Virus record (IMG/VR): IMGVR_UViG_3300008107_000416
Strand: one strand, 5' to 3'
Source of the DNA: an uncultured virus (IMG/VR IMGVR_UViG_3300008107_000416)
Taxonomy: Duplodnaviria; Heunggongvirae; Uroviricota; Caudoviricetes
Length of the DNA stretch: 20,000 nucleotides
This document shows positions 1 to 9,200 of the stretch, piece by piece. Position numbers and translations under genes: made by a program. Below the pieces are notes generated by a model. It had not been told where the DNA came from. It worked only from the letters and a program-made list of their open reading frames with translations, and searched no databases. Numbering within the stretch: the stretch's first letter is position 1; every line of letters starts with the position of its first letter.

Positions 1-196
1 TCCAGAGTTTACGATTGATTGAGAGTAGTTGTGAAACATAAGGTGCATCATAGACTTGATGTTTCTTTGCGATTTCTATAAGGTCTTGGAGTTCTTTTGT
101 TACATAAGAGTTGTCTGTGTATTGAGACTTAATAGAAAGTATAGAAATTTTATCTAATAGTTCTCCTATAGAGATTGGTATTTTTATTTCAACCAT
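1..196 (-). CDS. DUF6165-like protein, 3' end outside the window
   Basis: Not in the ORF track. ATG at 196-194 reads MVEIKIPISIGELLDKISILSIKSQYTDNSYVTKELQDL...LLSINRKLW, open to the window edge. The 'PISxGELxDKIxILxIK...NxxLW' pattern matches DUF6165 as I recall it. Overlaps the upstream gene by 8 nt. Confidence 0.75.
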   Translation of the reverse strand, partial: MVEIKIPISIGELLDKISILSIKSQYTDNSYVTKELQDLIEIAKKHQVYDAPYVSQLLSINRKLW

Positions 197-1151
197 AATT
201 AATGTTCTTTGGTTTTTCTATAATGACTTGTGGTTTATTATCTCCTTCTATGTTTTTGATAATGTCTTGATATGCAGTTTCTATTTCTTTCTGTGTAAAA
301 TCAATTCGTGGTTCATTCAGTCGTGAAGACATATGTGCATGAAAATCTGATATTCTCATAGAGTCTGGATAAAACTCAACATCTCTCTCAATAATATGAA
401 ATCCATCATAAGTCACATTGACCCGATGAGTTCCTGCAATCATCACTGATGCCTTCGTATTCAGTGCTTTACAGATGTGCTGACCGCAACTATCACATCC
501 CACAAAGTAATCAGCAGCACCAATGATTGCAGCCCATTCTCTTAGGTTAGGGTCAGGGTCTGGTTTATAAGTTTTGAGATTATAAAACTCCTTTGCTCCC
601 ATAAAGATGAGGTTATAATCATTTGAGAGTTCTTTGATAAAGTAATCCAACATTGGTTTTGGAATAGACCTTAAACTATCATCAAATACCCCAGAAGAAT
701 GTGGAGTAGCAGTAGAACCATAAGGTTGTAATACAATAGTCTTTGATTTCTTATGTTGGGACTTTGCTTTTTCTATGATTTCATATGCTCTTCTTTTTTC
801 CTGAAATGAAATATTCAGTTGCATTGGTGGTAAGTCACTATGATCTGTTGAGTTGTTGATACAGATATCAAATGCTTCTCTTAATGAAATCTCATTACGA
901 TAATATGCAGGAACACGATAAGGTTCTGGTGAGAGCACTTGGTCTGCTTTCCAATACAAATCAAAAGAACCTTGTGCATTAGGGTTAAAGGTTCTTTCCT
1001 GAAGTTCTGGAATACCCCAAGTAATAAAATCCCATCCTGGAATCATTATATACCATTCTTCATCTGGATGATTATTATAATATTTAAGTAGTGCTGGTAT
1101 TGCAGTGATGATTCTTCCAAATCCACCATCTAATGATATGATTGTCGTCAT
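189..1151 (-). CDS. GT-B fold glycosyltransferase, GT9/heptosyltransferase-like
   Basis: N-terminal DGGFGRIITAIPAL; 'IVLQPYGS'; C-terminal 'LREWAAIIGAADYFVGCDSCGQHICKALN' matches the GT9 'D-S-G-x-x-H-x-A-x-A' region. Confidence 0.75.
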   Translation of the reverse strand: MTTIISLDGGFGRIITAIPALLKYYNNHPDEEWYIMIPGWDFITWGIPELQERTFNPNAQGSFDLYWKADQVLSPEPYRVPAYYRNEISLREAFDICINNSTDHSDLPPMQLNISFQEKRRAYEIIEKAKSQHKKSKTIVLQPYGSTATPHSSGVFDDSLRSIPKPMLDYFIKELSNDYNLIFMGAKEFYNLKTYKPDPDPNLREWAAIIGAADYFVGCDSCGQHICKALNTKASVMIAGTHRVNVTYDGFHIIERDVEFYPDSMRISDFHAHMSSRLNEPRIDFTQKEIETAYQDIIKNIEGDNKPQVIIEKPKNINYG

Positions 1152-1912
1152 TTATAATGAATATTAAAGGTTTCTTTTTGTTCTTTGATATAAGTTTCGT
1201 TCACAACTTTCTTCCAGTCTATGATAGGACTGGTGTGATTTTCATCGCAGTGAGTGCTCCAACCAGGCATTGGAGAAATTAAATATCTCTCTTGTTTCTG
1301 CAGTTCCCAGAACTTATCATAATCTTTTGAGAAATGAAATCCCTCTTCTTTTTTCACACCATTTATAGAATGTTTTTGATGTATCTCCAAGTCTTCTATG
1401 AGTGTCTTATATTTACAGGCAAAGGTATTAGTTGTTACCGGTACTGCTCTCCAATGAGAACTTGGTGTTGCAAAGATTTCACATAAGTATCCTTTTGCAA
1501 TAAATAAATTAAAGTCATAAAGAGTAAGATAATGAGAGTTAATCTCAAATCCTTCTAGCATTATATCACACCAACCAGGACGATGTAAATAATCATCTTC
1601 TAGTAAGTAAATGATTTGTTCATCATCAAAGTTTCTTGATTGGATAATTTCTAATGTTTTTAGAAAACTATCAGTCTCACTTCCACACTTAATGATTTTC
1701 ACATTCTTTTCTTTTGCAAGAAAGGTCTTATCAATACTACCATAAAACTCATCATAAACAATCGTATAGTTTATCAAGTCTGGATTGAGAGTATTCTTAA
1801 AGTTCTCAAAGACTTTAATCTTATTGAACCAAGAAGGTCTTGTTCTGTCTGGAAGTTCTTGGAGTTTTGAGTAATAACAATGTCTTATAAAGACTTCAAT
1901 TGGTTTTTTCAT
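1148..1912 (-). CDS. GT-A fold glycosyltransferase-like protein
   Basis: 'IIYLLEDDYLH' DxD-type motif, 'TTNTF' and 'PGWSTH' motifs; paralogous to 2759..3574; ATGA overlaps at both ends. Confidence 0.65.
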   Translation of the reverse strand: MKKPIEVFIRHCYYSKLQELPDRTRPSWFNKIKVFENFKNTLNPDLINYTIVYDEFYGSIDKTFLAKEKNVKIIKCGSETDSFLKTLEIIQSRNFDDEQIIYLLEDDYLHRPGWCDIMLEGFEINSHYLTLYDFNLFIAKGYLCEIFATPSSHWRAVPVTTNTFACKYKTLIEDLEIHQKHSINGVKKEEGFHFSKDYDKFWELQKQERYLISPMPGWSTHCDENHTSPIIDWKKVVNETYIKEQKETFNIHYK

Positions 1913-2478
1913 TGATACTTCATTTTATTTTTTTTAGTTTTATCTATCTTATTAGTTCTCCACTGAATAGTAACTCTTTTTTTGATTGTTCCAGGAACAA
2001 TACAAGTTACACAATGTACATTATGAGGGTCTTCTTCTGTTGCAGAGTTTACAACCATAGAGTTATAAGTTGGTTCTATACCTTTGATTTCTTTTGTTTG
2101 ACTATCTTTATATAAAAATACTCCGCCATCATCACTATCCCATTCCTCATTTAAGTATATTGTACCATTATAAGGGTAACAATTATCTGGATGCCAGGTG
2201 ATATAAGAACCACCACCCCAAACATAAATGGAGGGAACAAAGGTTAAATCTTCTTTCTCAAAATCAACATCAAGTGCCGTTTCTATACTACTCTTGATTT
2301 CTTTTTCTAAAGTCTTATTTGATATTCTATGAGTAAGTATATTGGATGATATGAGACTTAAGTTTTGGTCCCATCCAATACTTGACCCCCATAAATCTGC
2401 ACCCATTATAGACTTAAAGTAATCCATCACATTTTTAATCAAGTGTTCATCTAGAACATTATTATAAGTTCTTATCAT
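1909..2478 (-). CDS. 2OG-Fe(II) oxygenase, prolyl-4-hydroxylase-like
   Basis: 'ITWHPD' (HxD), 'TIYLNEEWDSDDGG', distal 'HCV' and 'KRVTIQ' (2OG-binding Arg). Confidence 0.85.
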   Translation of the reverse strand: MIRTYNNVLDEHLIKNVMDYFKSIMGADLWGSSIGWDQNLSLISSNILTHRISNKTLEKEIKSSIETALDVDFEKEDLTFVPSIYVWGGGSYITWHPDNCYPYNGTIYLNEEWDSDDGGVFLYKDSQTKEIKGIEPTYNSMVVNSATEEDPHNVHCVTCIVPGTIKKRVTIQWRTNKIDKTKKNKMKYQ

Positions 2479-2496
2479 ATTAACTAGATTTTAATA

Positions 2497-2766
2497 TTAT
2501 TCTTCATTTTGACTTAAAAGTTCACTTCCCATTTGTGCGATTTCATCCCAAGTCATTTTTCCAATCTCTTCGTATCCTAATTTTTCTAGTACTAATAAGT
2601 AACCTCTTGGAATCACTTCAGTTGAGAAATAATACTCAAGTTCTTCATAAAGTGGATTATCAGTATCTATTCTTATTTGTAGTGCTTTTAGAACTTTTTT
2701 TACATCTTCAAGTGTTTTAAGTCTTTCAGTACAAAGTTCAAATCTTCTTACAGGTTTTTCAGTCAT
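2497..2766 (-). CDS. hypothetical protein (89 aa)
   Basis: Co-oriented ORF, start overlaps the upstream gene by 8 nt; no recognised motif. Confidence 0.7.
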   Translation of the reverse strand: MTEKPVRRFELCTERLKTLEDVKKVLKALQIRIDTDNPLYEELEYYFSTEVIPRGYLLVLEKLGYEEIGKMTWDEIAQMGSELLSQNEE

Positions 2767-3574
2767 AAGTCACTCCAAATGATTTGAGTTTTGAGTATTT
2801 ATTCCACCAGTCCAAGTGATGAATATGAGGGTCTCGTTGTTTCTCAAACTGAATGTGAAGAGCAAGAGAAGGCACAGGATTTAAACGAATCACATAATGT
2901 TTCCAGATATTTGAGATTGTATTTCCTTCGTGAACAAGTTCTTCTATTGGGTCTATTCCATTCCAAGGTGTATATTTTGATGCAAGTTTCTCAAAGACTT
3001 CCCAGTGTTCCTGAAAGACTTTAGGTGTCGTCATCATTGTAAAAGTCGTCCATATTCCTTCTTTCCAGTGTCTTATTGGTGTTCTAAACAATCTTCCAGG
3101 AAACATATCTCGTAGTTCATAATCTTCTGGATTATCAAAAGGAAACAAACAAAGGTCTTTTTGAAGATGATAATAAGACTTTAAATAACTATAAGAAAAC
3201 AACATTTCTTGGATTGCTTCTATGCAGTGTAAGTAATCATCTTCTACAGAATATACTAAATCAGCAGTAGAGTTCTTGCAATACTCAAACTGCTTTAATC
3301 CACTATGATTAAATCCTTTTACTTCTAAATCTATAAGTTGGTATGAATGCTTTGAGTGTTTAAAGATTTTATGAACTTTAGAAATACAATCAGTAGTGCA
3401 GTGGTCATTAAGAACAACAAAAGAAATCTCTGCATCTGTGACTACATTTGCAGAGTTAATCAAGGAAGATAAGCAACCAAGTATCAGGTCTTTTTTGGGT
3501 ATATCAATATACCTTGGTTTACATCCGTGTATATTTTGACCATCGTGTATTCTTAAGATGATTTCAAGTTTCAT
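2759..3574 (-). CDS. GT-A fold glycosyltransferase-like protein
   Basis: 'VVLNDHCT', 'LVYSVEDDYLH', 'TTFTMM', 'PSLALH'; same architecture as 1148..1912. Confidence 0.65.
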   Translation of the reverse strand: MKLEIILRIHDGQNIHGCKPRYIDIPKKDLILGCLSSLINSANVVTDAEISFVVLNDHCTTDCISKVHKIFKHSKHSYQLIDLEVKGFNHSGLKQFEYCKNSTADLVYSVEDDYLHCIEAIQEMLFSYSYLKSYYHLQKDLCLFPFDNPEDYELRDMFPGRLFRTPIRHWKEGIWTTFTMMTTPKVFQEHWEVFEKLASKYTPWNGIDPIEELVHEGNTISNIWKHYVIRLNPVPSLALHIQFEKQRDPHIHHLDWWNKYSKLKSFGVTYD

Positions 3575-4404
3575 TTATACTCAATAAACTTTTTGTCTAA
3601 CTTTTCAATAATATCAGCATCAATTTTATGTCCTTCTTTCCAGAACTCCATATTCATTTCCTTATATTTTTGAACAATTTCTGGAGGTAGAATAAATCTT
3701 GGAGGGTTATATTCTACTTTTCTCTTGACTGTATGGAGGTCTTTAAGATTACAAGCCTTATCAAAGTTCTCATTTGAGTATTCTACATTCTCAAAGTCGT
3801 GAGCATAATAAGGTCTCTCCAGAAACTCATAGACCTTTCTCATTGTCTTCTCTGGAGTTTTACATAAGTTCTCATAATCAATCAACATAATCATTTCTGG
3901 GTTCATTGCATAACCTTCACGAAGTAGTATCCAAGGACCTGCAACAATACCACCATTTCTATCCATCATACCATCACAACGAGCAAATACACTATCTTTG
4001 TGTGCTGTAAGAGTTGTAGTATGAAATGGATTTTTGGATGCAATCAACTCAAAGGAGTTAAGAATAGAAACTATGTCTCTTACAGGACATAAGATTTTAG
4101 TATAAGGAAAAAGTGCTTTGAGAAATGGTGTCTTTTTAGTCCAACCACGAGAACTATCAAAGATGACTGGTTTCTCTATGTGTTTATAATACCCATCAAA
4201 AACTCCATACATTAGATTTTTTCTTTGGTCTTCTGTGATATTAAGGTTATTTTCACCACTTGTAATCACATCAATAGAGTTTCCTGTAAGTCCTTGTACT
4301 GGTGATGCAATATCAGCATAGAAGTCTGGGTTCTGTTTGAGAATACCAGAAAGTAATGTAGAACCAGACCTTGGAAGTCCGGAGATAAAGTAGTAGGATT
4401 TCAT
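3571..4404 (-). CDS. PAPS-dependent sulfotransferase
   Basis: 5'-PSB loop 'ISGLPRSGSTLL', 3'-PB motif 'VRDIVSILNS', 'YENLCKTPEKTMRKVYEFL'. Confidence 0.88.
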   Translation of the reverse strand: MKSYYFISGLPRSGSTLLSGILKQNPDFYADIASPVQGLTGNSIDVITSGENNLNITEDQRKNLMYGVFDGYYKHIEKPVIFDSSRGWTKKTPFLKALFPYTKILCPVRDIVSILNSFELIASKNPFHTTTLTAHKDSVFARCDGMMDRNGGIVAGPWILLREGYAMNPEMIMLIDYENLCKTPEKTMRKVYEFLERPYYAHDFENVEYSNENFDKACNLKDLHTVKRKVEYNPPRFILPPEIVQKYKEMNMEFWKEGHKIDADIIEKLDKKFIEYK

Positions 4405-4410
4405 AAAGAA

Positions 4411-5034
4411 TCAGGTTTCTTCGGTCTGTGTTGGATATGCAATACTACCTTTAGGAAGAGCAATCAAATTAAATGAGATTGAGATGCGTTCTTCATCGTG
4501 ATTGTTGGTTTCTACTGAATGTGGTAAGTAAGAAGGAAAGAGAATAATATTACCTTCTACTGGTTCAATACGAATACTTTCTCCTGTGAACTGGTTCTTC
4601 TGTGCAGTAAGAGCACAACCATTCCACATTTTATTGATTGCTGGATTTTGGAGTACCAGTTTTCCACTTTCTTCTGGTGCTTGGAGATAGAAGACTCCAG
4701 AGAATACATCTCCGTGTACGTGCTCACTATTCATACACTGACGAGTATCATTAATGTTTAACCACGCAGAAGTAAGTGCAATATCACAATCCACAAAGTC
4801 TAAATCTCCAACTGCCTTAAATCCCAACTGACAGAGATACTCAAGGAGTGGTCGTAGTTCTTCTACTCCGTGTAATGTATCTGGTGATTGATAACTAGCA
4901 ATATTTGATTTTTGTACTGAAGGGTTTTGGTCCTTATAAGTTCTTACTGCATTCAGGAAGATTTCTTTGTGTTCCTCAAACTCTGGATATTCACTTTGCC
5001 AGAGAGGAACTGAATAAATCGGCATTAAGTTCAT
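4411..5034 (-). CDS. TIGR02466-type putative 2OG-Fe(II) oxygenase
   Basis: 'AWLNIN...HVHGDVFSGVFYL...P.EG.IILFPSYLPHSV...ERISISFN'. Start moved to ATG 5034 (MNLMPIYSVP), because the longer start runs through a promoter-like region and a mini-ORF. Confidence 0.85.
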   Translation of the reverse strand: MNLMPIYSVPLWQSEYPEFEEHKEIFLNAVRTYKDQNPSVQKSNIASYQSPDTLHGVEELRPLLEYLCQLGFKAVGDLDFVDCDIALTSAWLNINDTRQCMNSEHVHGDVFSGVFYLQAPEESGKLVLQNPAINKMWNGCALTAQKNQFTGESIRIEPVEGNIILFPSYLPHSVETNNHDEERISISFNLIALPKGSIAYPTQTEET

Positions 5035-5059
5035 AATGATTTCAGTGTAAGTTTCTCGT

Positions 5060-5088
5060 ATTTTACCATATTTAGATTGTTTCGTAAA
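5060..5088 (-). promoter_or_regulatory. candidate sigma70-type promoter with embedded CTAAATA late-like element
   Basis: Minus strand TTTACG-17 nt-TAAAAT with a TG extension, about 25 nt upstream of ATG 5034. Confidence 0.4.
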
Positions 5089-5140
5089 GGTCATCAATCA
5101 GTTCACTTGCGTCTTTATAGATTTGAAGATTTTCAACCAT
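5072..5140 (-). pseudogene. 22-codon fragment resembling the N-terminus of Avd / four-helix-bundle proteins
   Basis: Reads MVENLQIYKDASELIDDLYETI*, similar to the 'xNLxIYKxxxxLxxxLY' first helix of bAvd-like proteins; starts about 50 nt after a CLec-type gene. Confidence 0.45.
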
Positions 5141-5192
5141 AGTATGTTTTATAAAAAAATGAGTACAAAATACAAGTATCAAAGTATAAGTA

Positions 5193-6233
5193 TCAATAAG
5201 TCACACACCTGAAGGCACGAACTCGGTAAGGATTGCTCGAATAGGCCGTTAACTGCTGACCGGTATACATTCTCAGCATGCAAGCATTGTAAAACAAATA
5301 AGGTAAATAAGGATTATAATTAGAACCTGGAACCTCTGTACTACTCCAGTAGAAACCAGGGGGGGTGTAACAAGGTGCTGGACCCCAGAAGGACCTACAG
5401 CAGTATCCTGGATTCAGGAGTTGTGATATTGTTGGAACAAACCAACCGGTGCATCCCGATACACTTTGAGCAGTTGTATTAGCATCATTTCTATCGAACC
5501 AGTTTCTTTGGACCTCTGTACTATAAGGACTCACAACCCATCTTACTGGTGATGCCTTACATATAAGAAATCCACCTTCATATGAGTCACCAAGATTTAT
5601 TGGTACAGTAGCAGTAGTAAAACTATAAGTATTAATCAAGGCATTTGTTAAAGTCGTGGTGATTCCACTAAATGCTCCTGCATCAACCACAACAAAAACA
5701 TTAGTTGCATCAGGAAGACTTGATACTGGGTCTATGGTAACTACACCACCAGAAATAGATACTGATGAAGAAGAGACTCCAATGGTCTCATGTACAGTTC
5801 CACCAGCACTTCCTGACCTTAATGTGATGTTACCAGTTCCCTTTGCTACTGTACCATTAAAAGTAATGATGATATTAGATGCAAGAGCAACATCAGTAGC
5901 ACCAATCGCAGGACTGAATGTAATGGGTACTGGTGGAACATTTATAGAAGTTGCAGTAATTATACCAACCGTAATATTAGAACTTTCTATAGAAGTTGCA
6001 GTAATTATACCAACCGTAATATTAGAACTTTCTATAGAAGTTGCAGTAATTATACCAACCGTAATATTAGAACTTTCTACTAATTCTTTTTGCAGTGCTT
6101 GGCCACCTTGAGTGGTTCCATCCATAACAACAAGAGTATCTTTTGATAAATCTACAAACAATTCACCTGCAGCACCAGTTACTGTAGATATGCCAGAAGT
6201 CGTATCTCTTCTAAATTGTAAAACTTTTGACAT
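5193..6233 (-). CDS. putative receptor-binding adhesin: Mtd N-terminal domain + Ig-like (Big_5/SbsA) + DUF1566/C-type-lectin C-terminus
   Basis: N-term 'LQFRRDTT...GAAGELFVD..KDTLVVMDG.TQGG..L'; middle 'FSPAIGATDV...IIITFN...VTIDP...YSFTT'; C-term 'WFVPTISQL...YWSSTE...G...YRVRAFR'. Confidence 0.8.
   Translation of the reverse strand: MSKVLQFRRDTTSGISTVTGAAGELFVDLSKDTLVVMDGTTQGGQALQKELVESSNITVGIITATSIESSNITVGIITATSIESSNITVGIITATSINVPPVPITFSPAIGATDVALASNIIITFNGTVAKGTGNITLRSGSAGGTVHETIGVSSSSVSISGGVVTIDPVSSLPDATNVFVVVDAGAFSGITTTLTNALINTYSFTTATVPINLGDSYEGGFLICKASPVRWVVSPYSTEVQRNWFDRNDANTTAQSVSGCTGWFVPTISQLLNPGYCCRSFWGPAPCYTPPGFYWSSTEVPGSNYNPYLPYLFYNACMLRMYTGQQLTAYSSNPYRVRAFRCVTY
5943..6079. repeat. 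perfect in-frame 45-bp tandem repeat, 3 copies
   Basis: tatagaagttgcagtaattataccaaccgtaatattagaactttc at 5943, 5988 and 6033, identical; encodes (ESSNITVGIITATSI)x3. Confidence 0.97.
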
Positions 6234-6264
6234 TTTATTTTTTAATACTTATTATTGATATTTT

Positions 6265-6272
6265 TATTTATA
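6265..6272 (-). promoter_or_regulatory. T4-type late promoter TATAAATA
   Basis: Exact gp55 consensus in the intergenic gap, about 30 nt upstream of ATG 6233. Confidence 0.75.
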
Positions 6273-6290
6273 GAATATATGAAGCAACAA

Positions 6291-9200
6291 TTAAGTATTT
6301 AAGTCAAACTGTCCAGTTCCAACTTCCAAATCAAGAGTTCCAGATTGAGATTCCAAATCTCCAGTTGGGGAGAATGCACTTCCTGTACTGCGAACTAAAC
6401 TTCTATTAAGAATAATAGTAGTCTGTTCAGAAGAAGATGGTGTTAATGATAATATAAAATTAGATCCACTTATAGATCCAGTAAAAATTCCACAAGCAGC
6501 ATTTAATGTAATAACATTGGATTCAAGTAAATATGGACTTGTTCCATCATGTAAAACAGTAATTTCAACAACATGATAATCACTACCATTAGTTAATTGA
6601 GCATAATACTTAGCACTTCTATACAAGTCTGTTGAAAAAGTATCAATTCCAACTTGATTTGTAGATGCCGTAGTTATAGTTTTTGTATCTACAATGATAT
6701 TATTAGTATTATAACTTGTATCAGCAATTCCAATAATATTTGTATTAGATATATATGAATTAACTACCCCAACAGCAAGGGTGGATGTGTTATTAGAAGT
6801 TACTGTTTCATTTGGATTTGTTGTACCGATACCAACACTAGAAAGTGTGTGAATGCCAGCGTTTGTTGTAACCCATTGAGATTGAGAAATTCCAGTTAAT
6901 CCAGATCCATCACCATAAATCTTATAAGCAGTGACAATACCAGCAGCCAATACCGCTGTGTTAGCGGATGTTACGACAGCAGTTGGATTTGTTGTACCTA
7001 TACCGACATTAGAAAGTGTACTTGAAGATCCAACAGTTAAAATACCAACAACTCTTACATCACCATTCACAAGAAGTGCTGTTGATCCAGATCCTACAAT
7101 GTGAACTTTTGCTTGTGGATTTGTGGTTCCTATACCAACATTAGAAAGTGTATGAATTCCAGCAGAGTTTCCTACCCAATAATTAATGTAAGCACCAGAG
7201 TTTGCATCAACCCACTGAGTTGAATCACCATCATCATAGTAAACTTTCAGAACACCAGATGTACTGTCCCACCAAAGAGTACCAGAAGATGTGACACCAT
7301 ATCCAGAAGGTGAAGACTCACTGATGATTGCGAGTGCTTGTGATCCACCGTTGGCATCAATCCACTGAGCACTATCGCCATCATTATAGTAGATCTTAAG
7401 GTCACCATTGTTGCTGTCCCACCAAAGATTTCCAGCAGTTGTGGAAATTCCTGGTGGTGTCGTAGAGATTGAAACTGTTGTTCCACCAAGATTTCCAAGA
7501 TCAACAATAATAGTGCTTCCGTATCCAGTGACACTTAATCCAGTTCCAACAAAGTTAATATCAGTGAATCCAACACCGATTCTTGCTGCTGGTGTAATGA
7601 GACCTGACTGTGGATTTGTTGCGGTAGATCCAATACCAATACCAGCAGTAAAGAGTTGTCCATTCTGATAGAGATCGCCCTTGAAGAAGAGATCGTCTCC
7701 AACATAAAGATCACCACCGGTCGTTGTGATTCCACCAGCAGAGGCAAGTGTTGTAATTCCAGTAACTGATAATCCACCACCAACAATAACATCACTTCTT
7801 GCTGTGATGATTCCAATAGAATCAATATTGGTTACATCCTCATAAGTCAGAGTTCCACCAATTGAAACATTACCACTGAATATCGCACTGGTTGCCGTTA
7901 AGAATCCAGAGATATTAACATTATCAAGTTCAGTGTGACCTGTTACATCCAGTCCACCATTAGAATCAATGAGTCCTGTAAATGTGGAGACTCCAGAAAC
8001 CAGAAGACTTGAAGCAGTCGCAAATCCAAGAGAAGCATTGGAAGCATTGACCGTTCCAAAGGTTGGAGTATCTGAGAGTGTGATGGTCGCAATGTTTCCA
8101 CCAGCATATCCAGTGACTACAATATTAGAAGTTGGAGTACTTACAAAGTCAAGTGTCGTAATACTTCCTGAAGTTCCAACAACACTACCATTATCTCTAA
8201 CTTCAATACCGTCCAGAGTACCAGCACCAGCAGCAGTGACTGGTTGCCAACTCCATCCACCAGATCCATCAGCAACAACAACTTGATTAGTAAGTCCAGC
8301 AGAGTTGTTTGTATTATCATAGATTCCACCACGAAGGCGAACATCACCCAGAATATCCAGATCATATGCTGGATTTGTGGTGCCGATGCCAACATTTGAG
8401 AAGGTGTGAATTCCAGCACTTGTCTTGACCCAGTTAGAAGCAATGAACTCCTGACCATTTTGGAAGAGAAGACCATTAAAGTTTATATCTCCATTAACAT
8501 CCAATAGTCTTGAAGGATTGGCAGAATTAATTCCAACTCTTCCAGAATCGGTTGTATTGATGACAGTTCCACCAATACCAACATTCAATCTGATTGTGGT
8601 TGTAATTCCAGAGACATACAGTTGAGTCGCTGTGACAATACCAAGAGTCGTGATGCCACTTGAATTGATGTTCGTCAGTGTGGCAGCAGTGCTGGTAAGA
8701 TTGGTGATGATTCCAGTGTTTACAAATCCGTCTGTAGCAGTCAGATTTGTAAAGTTTCCATTCGTATAGAATAGATCTGTACCAGAAATTGTGGTTACAA
8801 CACCAGTGAGAATGTTTCCAGTTGTCAGATTGCCCGTTGTATAAGTCAGATTTGAACCAGAGATTGTGGTTACAACACCTGTAACAACATTCGCAGTTCC
8901 AAAATTACCAGTGGTATAAGTTACATTGGTGCCATTCAGGGTCGTGATCGTTCCGACACCAGCATTGACTTGACCATTGAATGTGGTTGCCGTAACAACT
9001 CCAGCAACATTTAGATTCGTCAGTGTGCCAACAGAAGTGAGTGAAGAGTTGACAACCGTTGGTCCAAGAGTTGTTCTGTTCAGTACAGAATCTGTTCCTG
9101 CCTTAAAGTCTCCACCAGTAGTAACACCAAGACCGATTGAAGATTCTAAAGTATTCGCAGCATTATTATAAGTAAAGGTCTTGACAATGTTTGCCGAACC

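Noticed and set aside
5943..6079. Possible CRISPR array
   Set aside because: Head-to-tail repeats with no spacers, in frame within a CDS.
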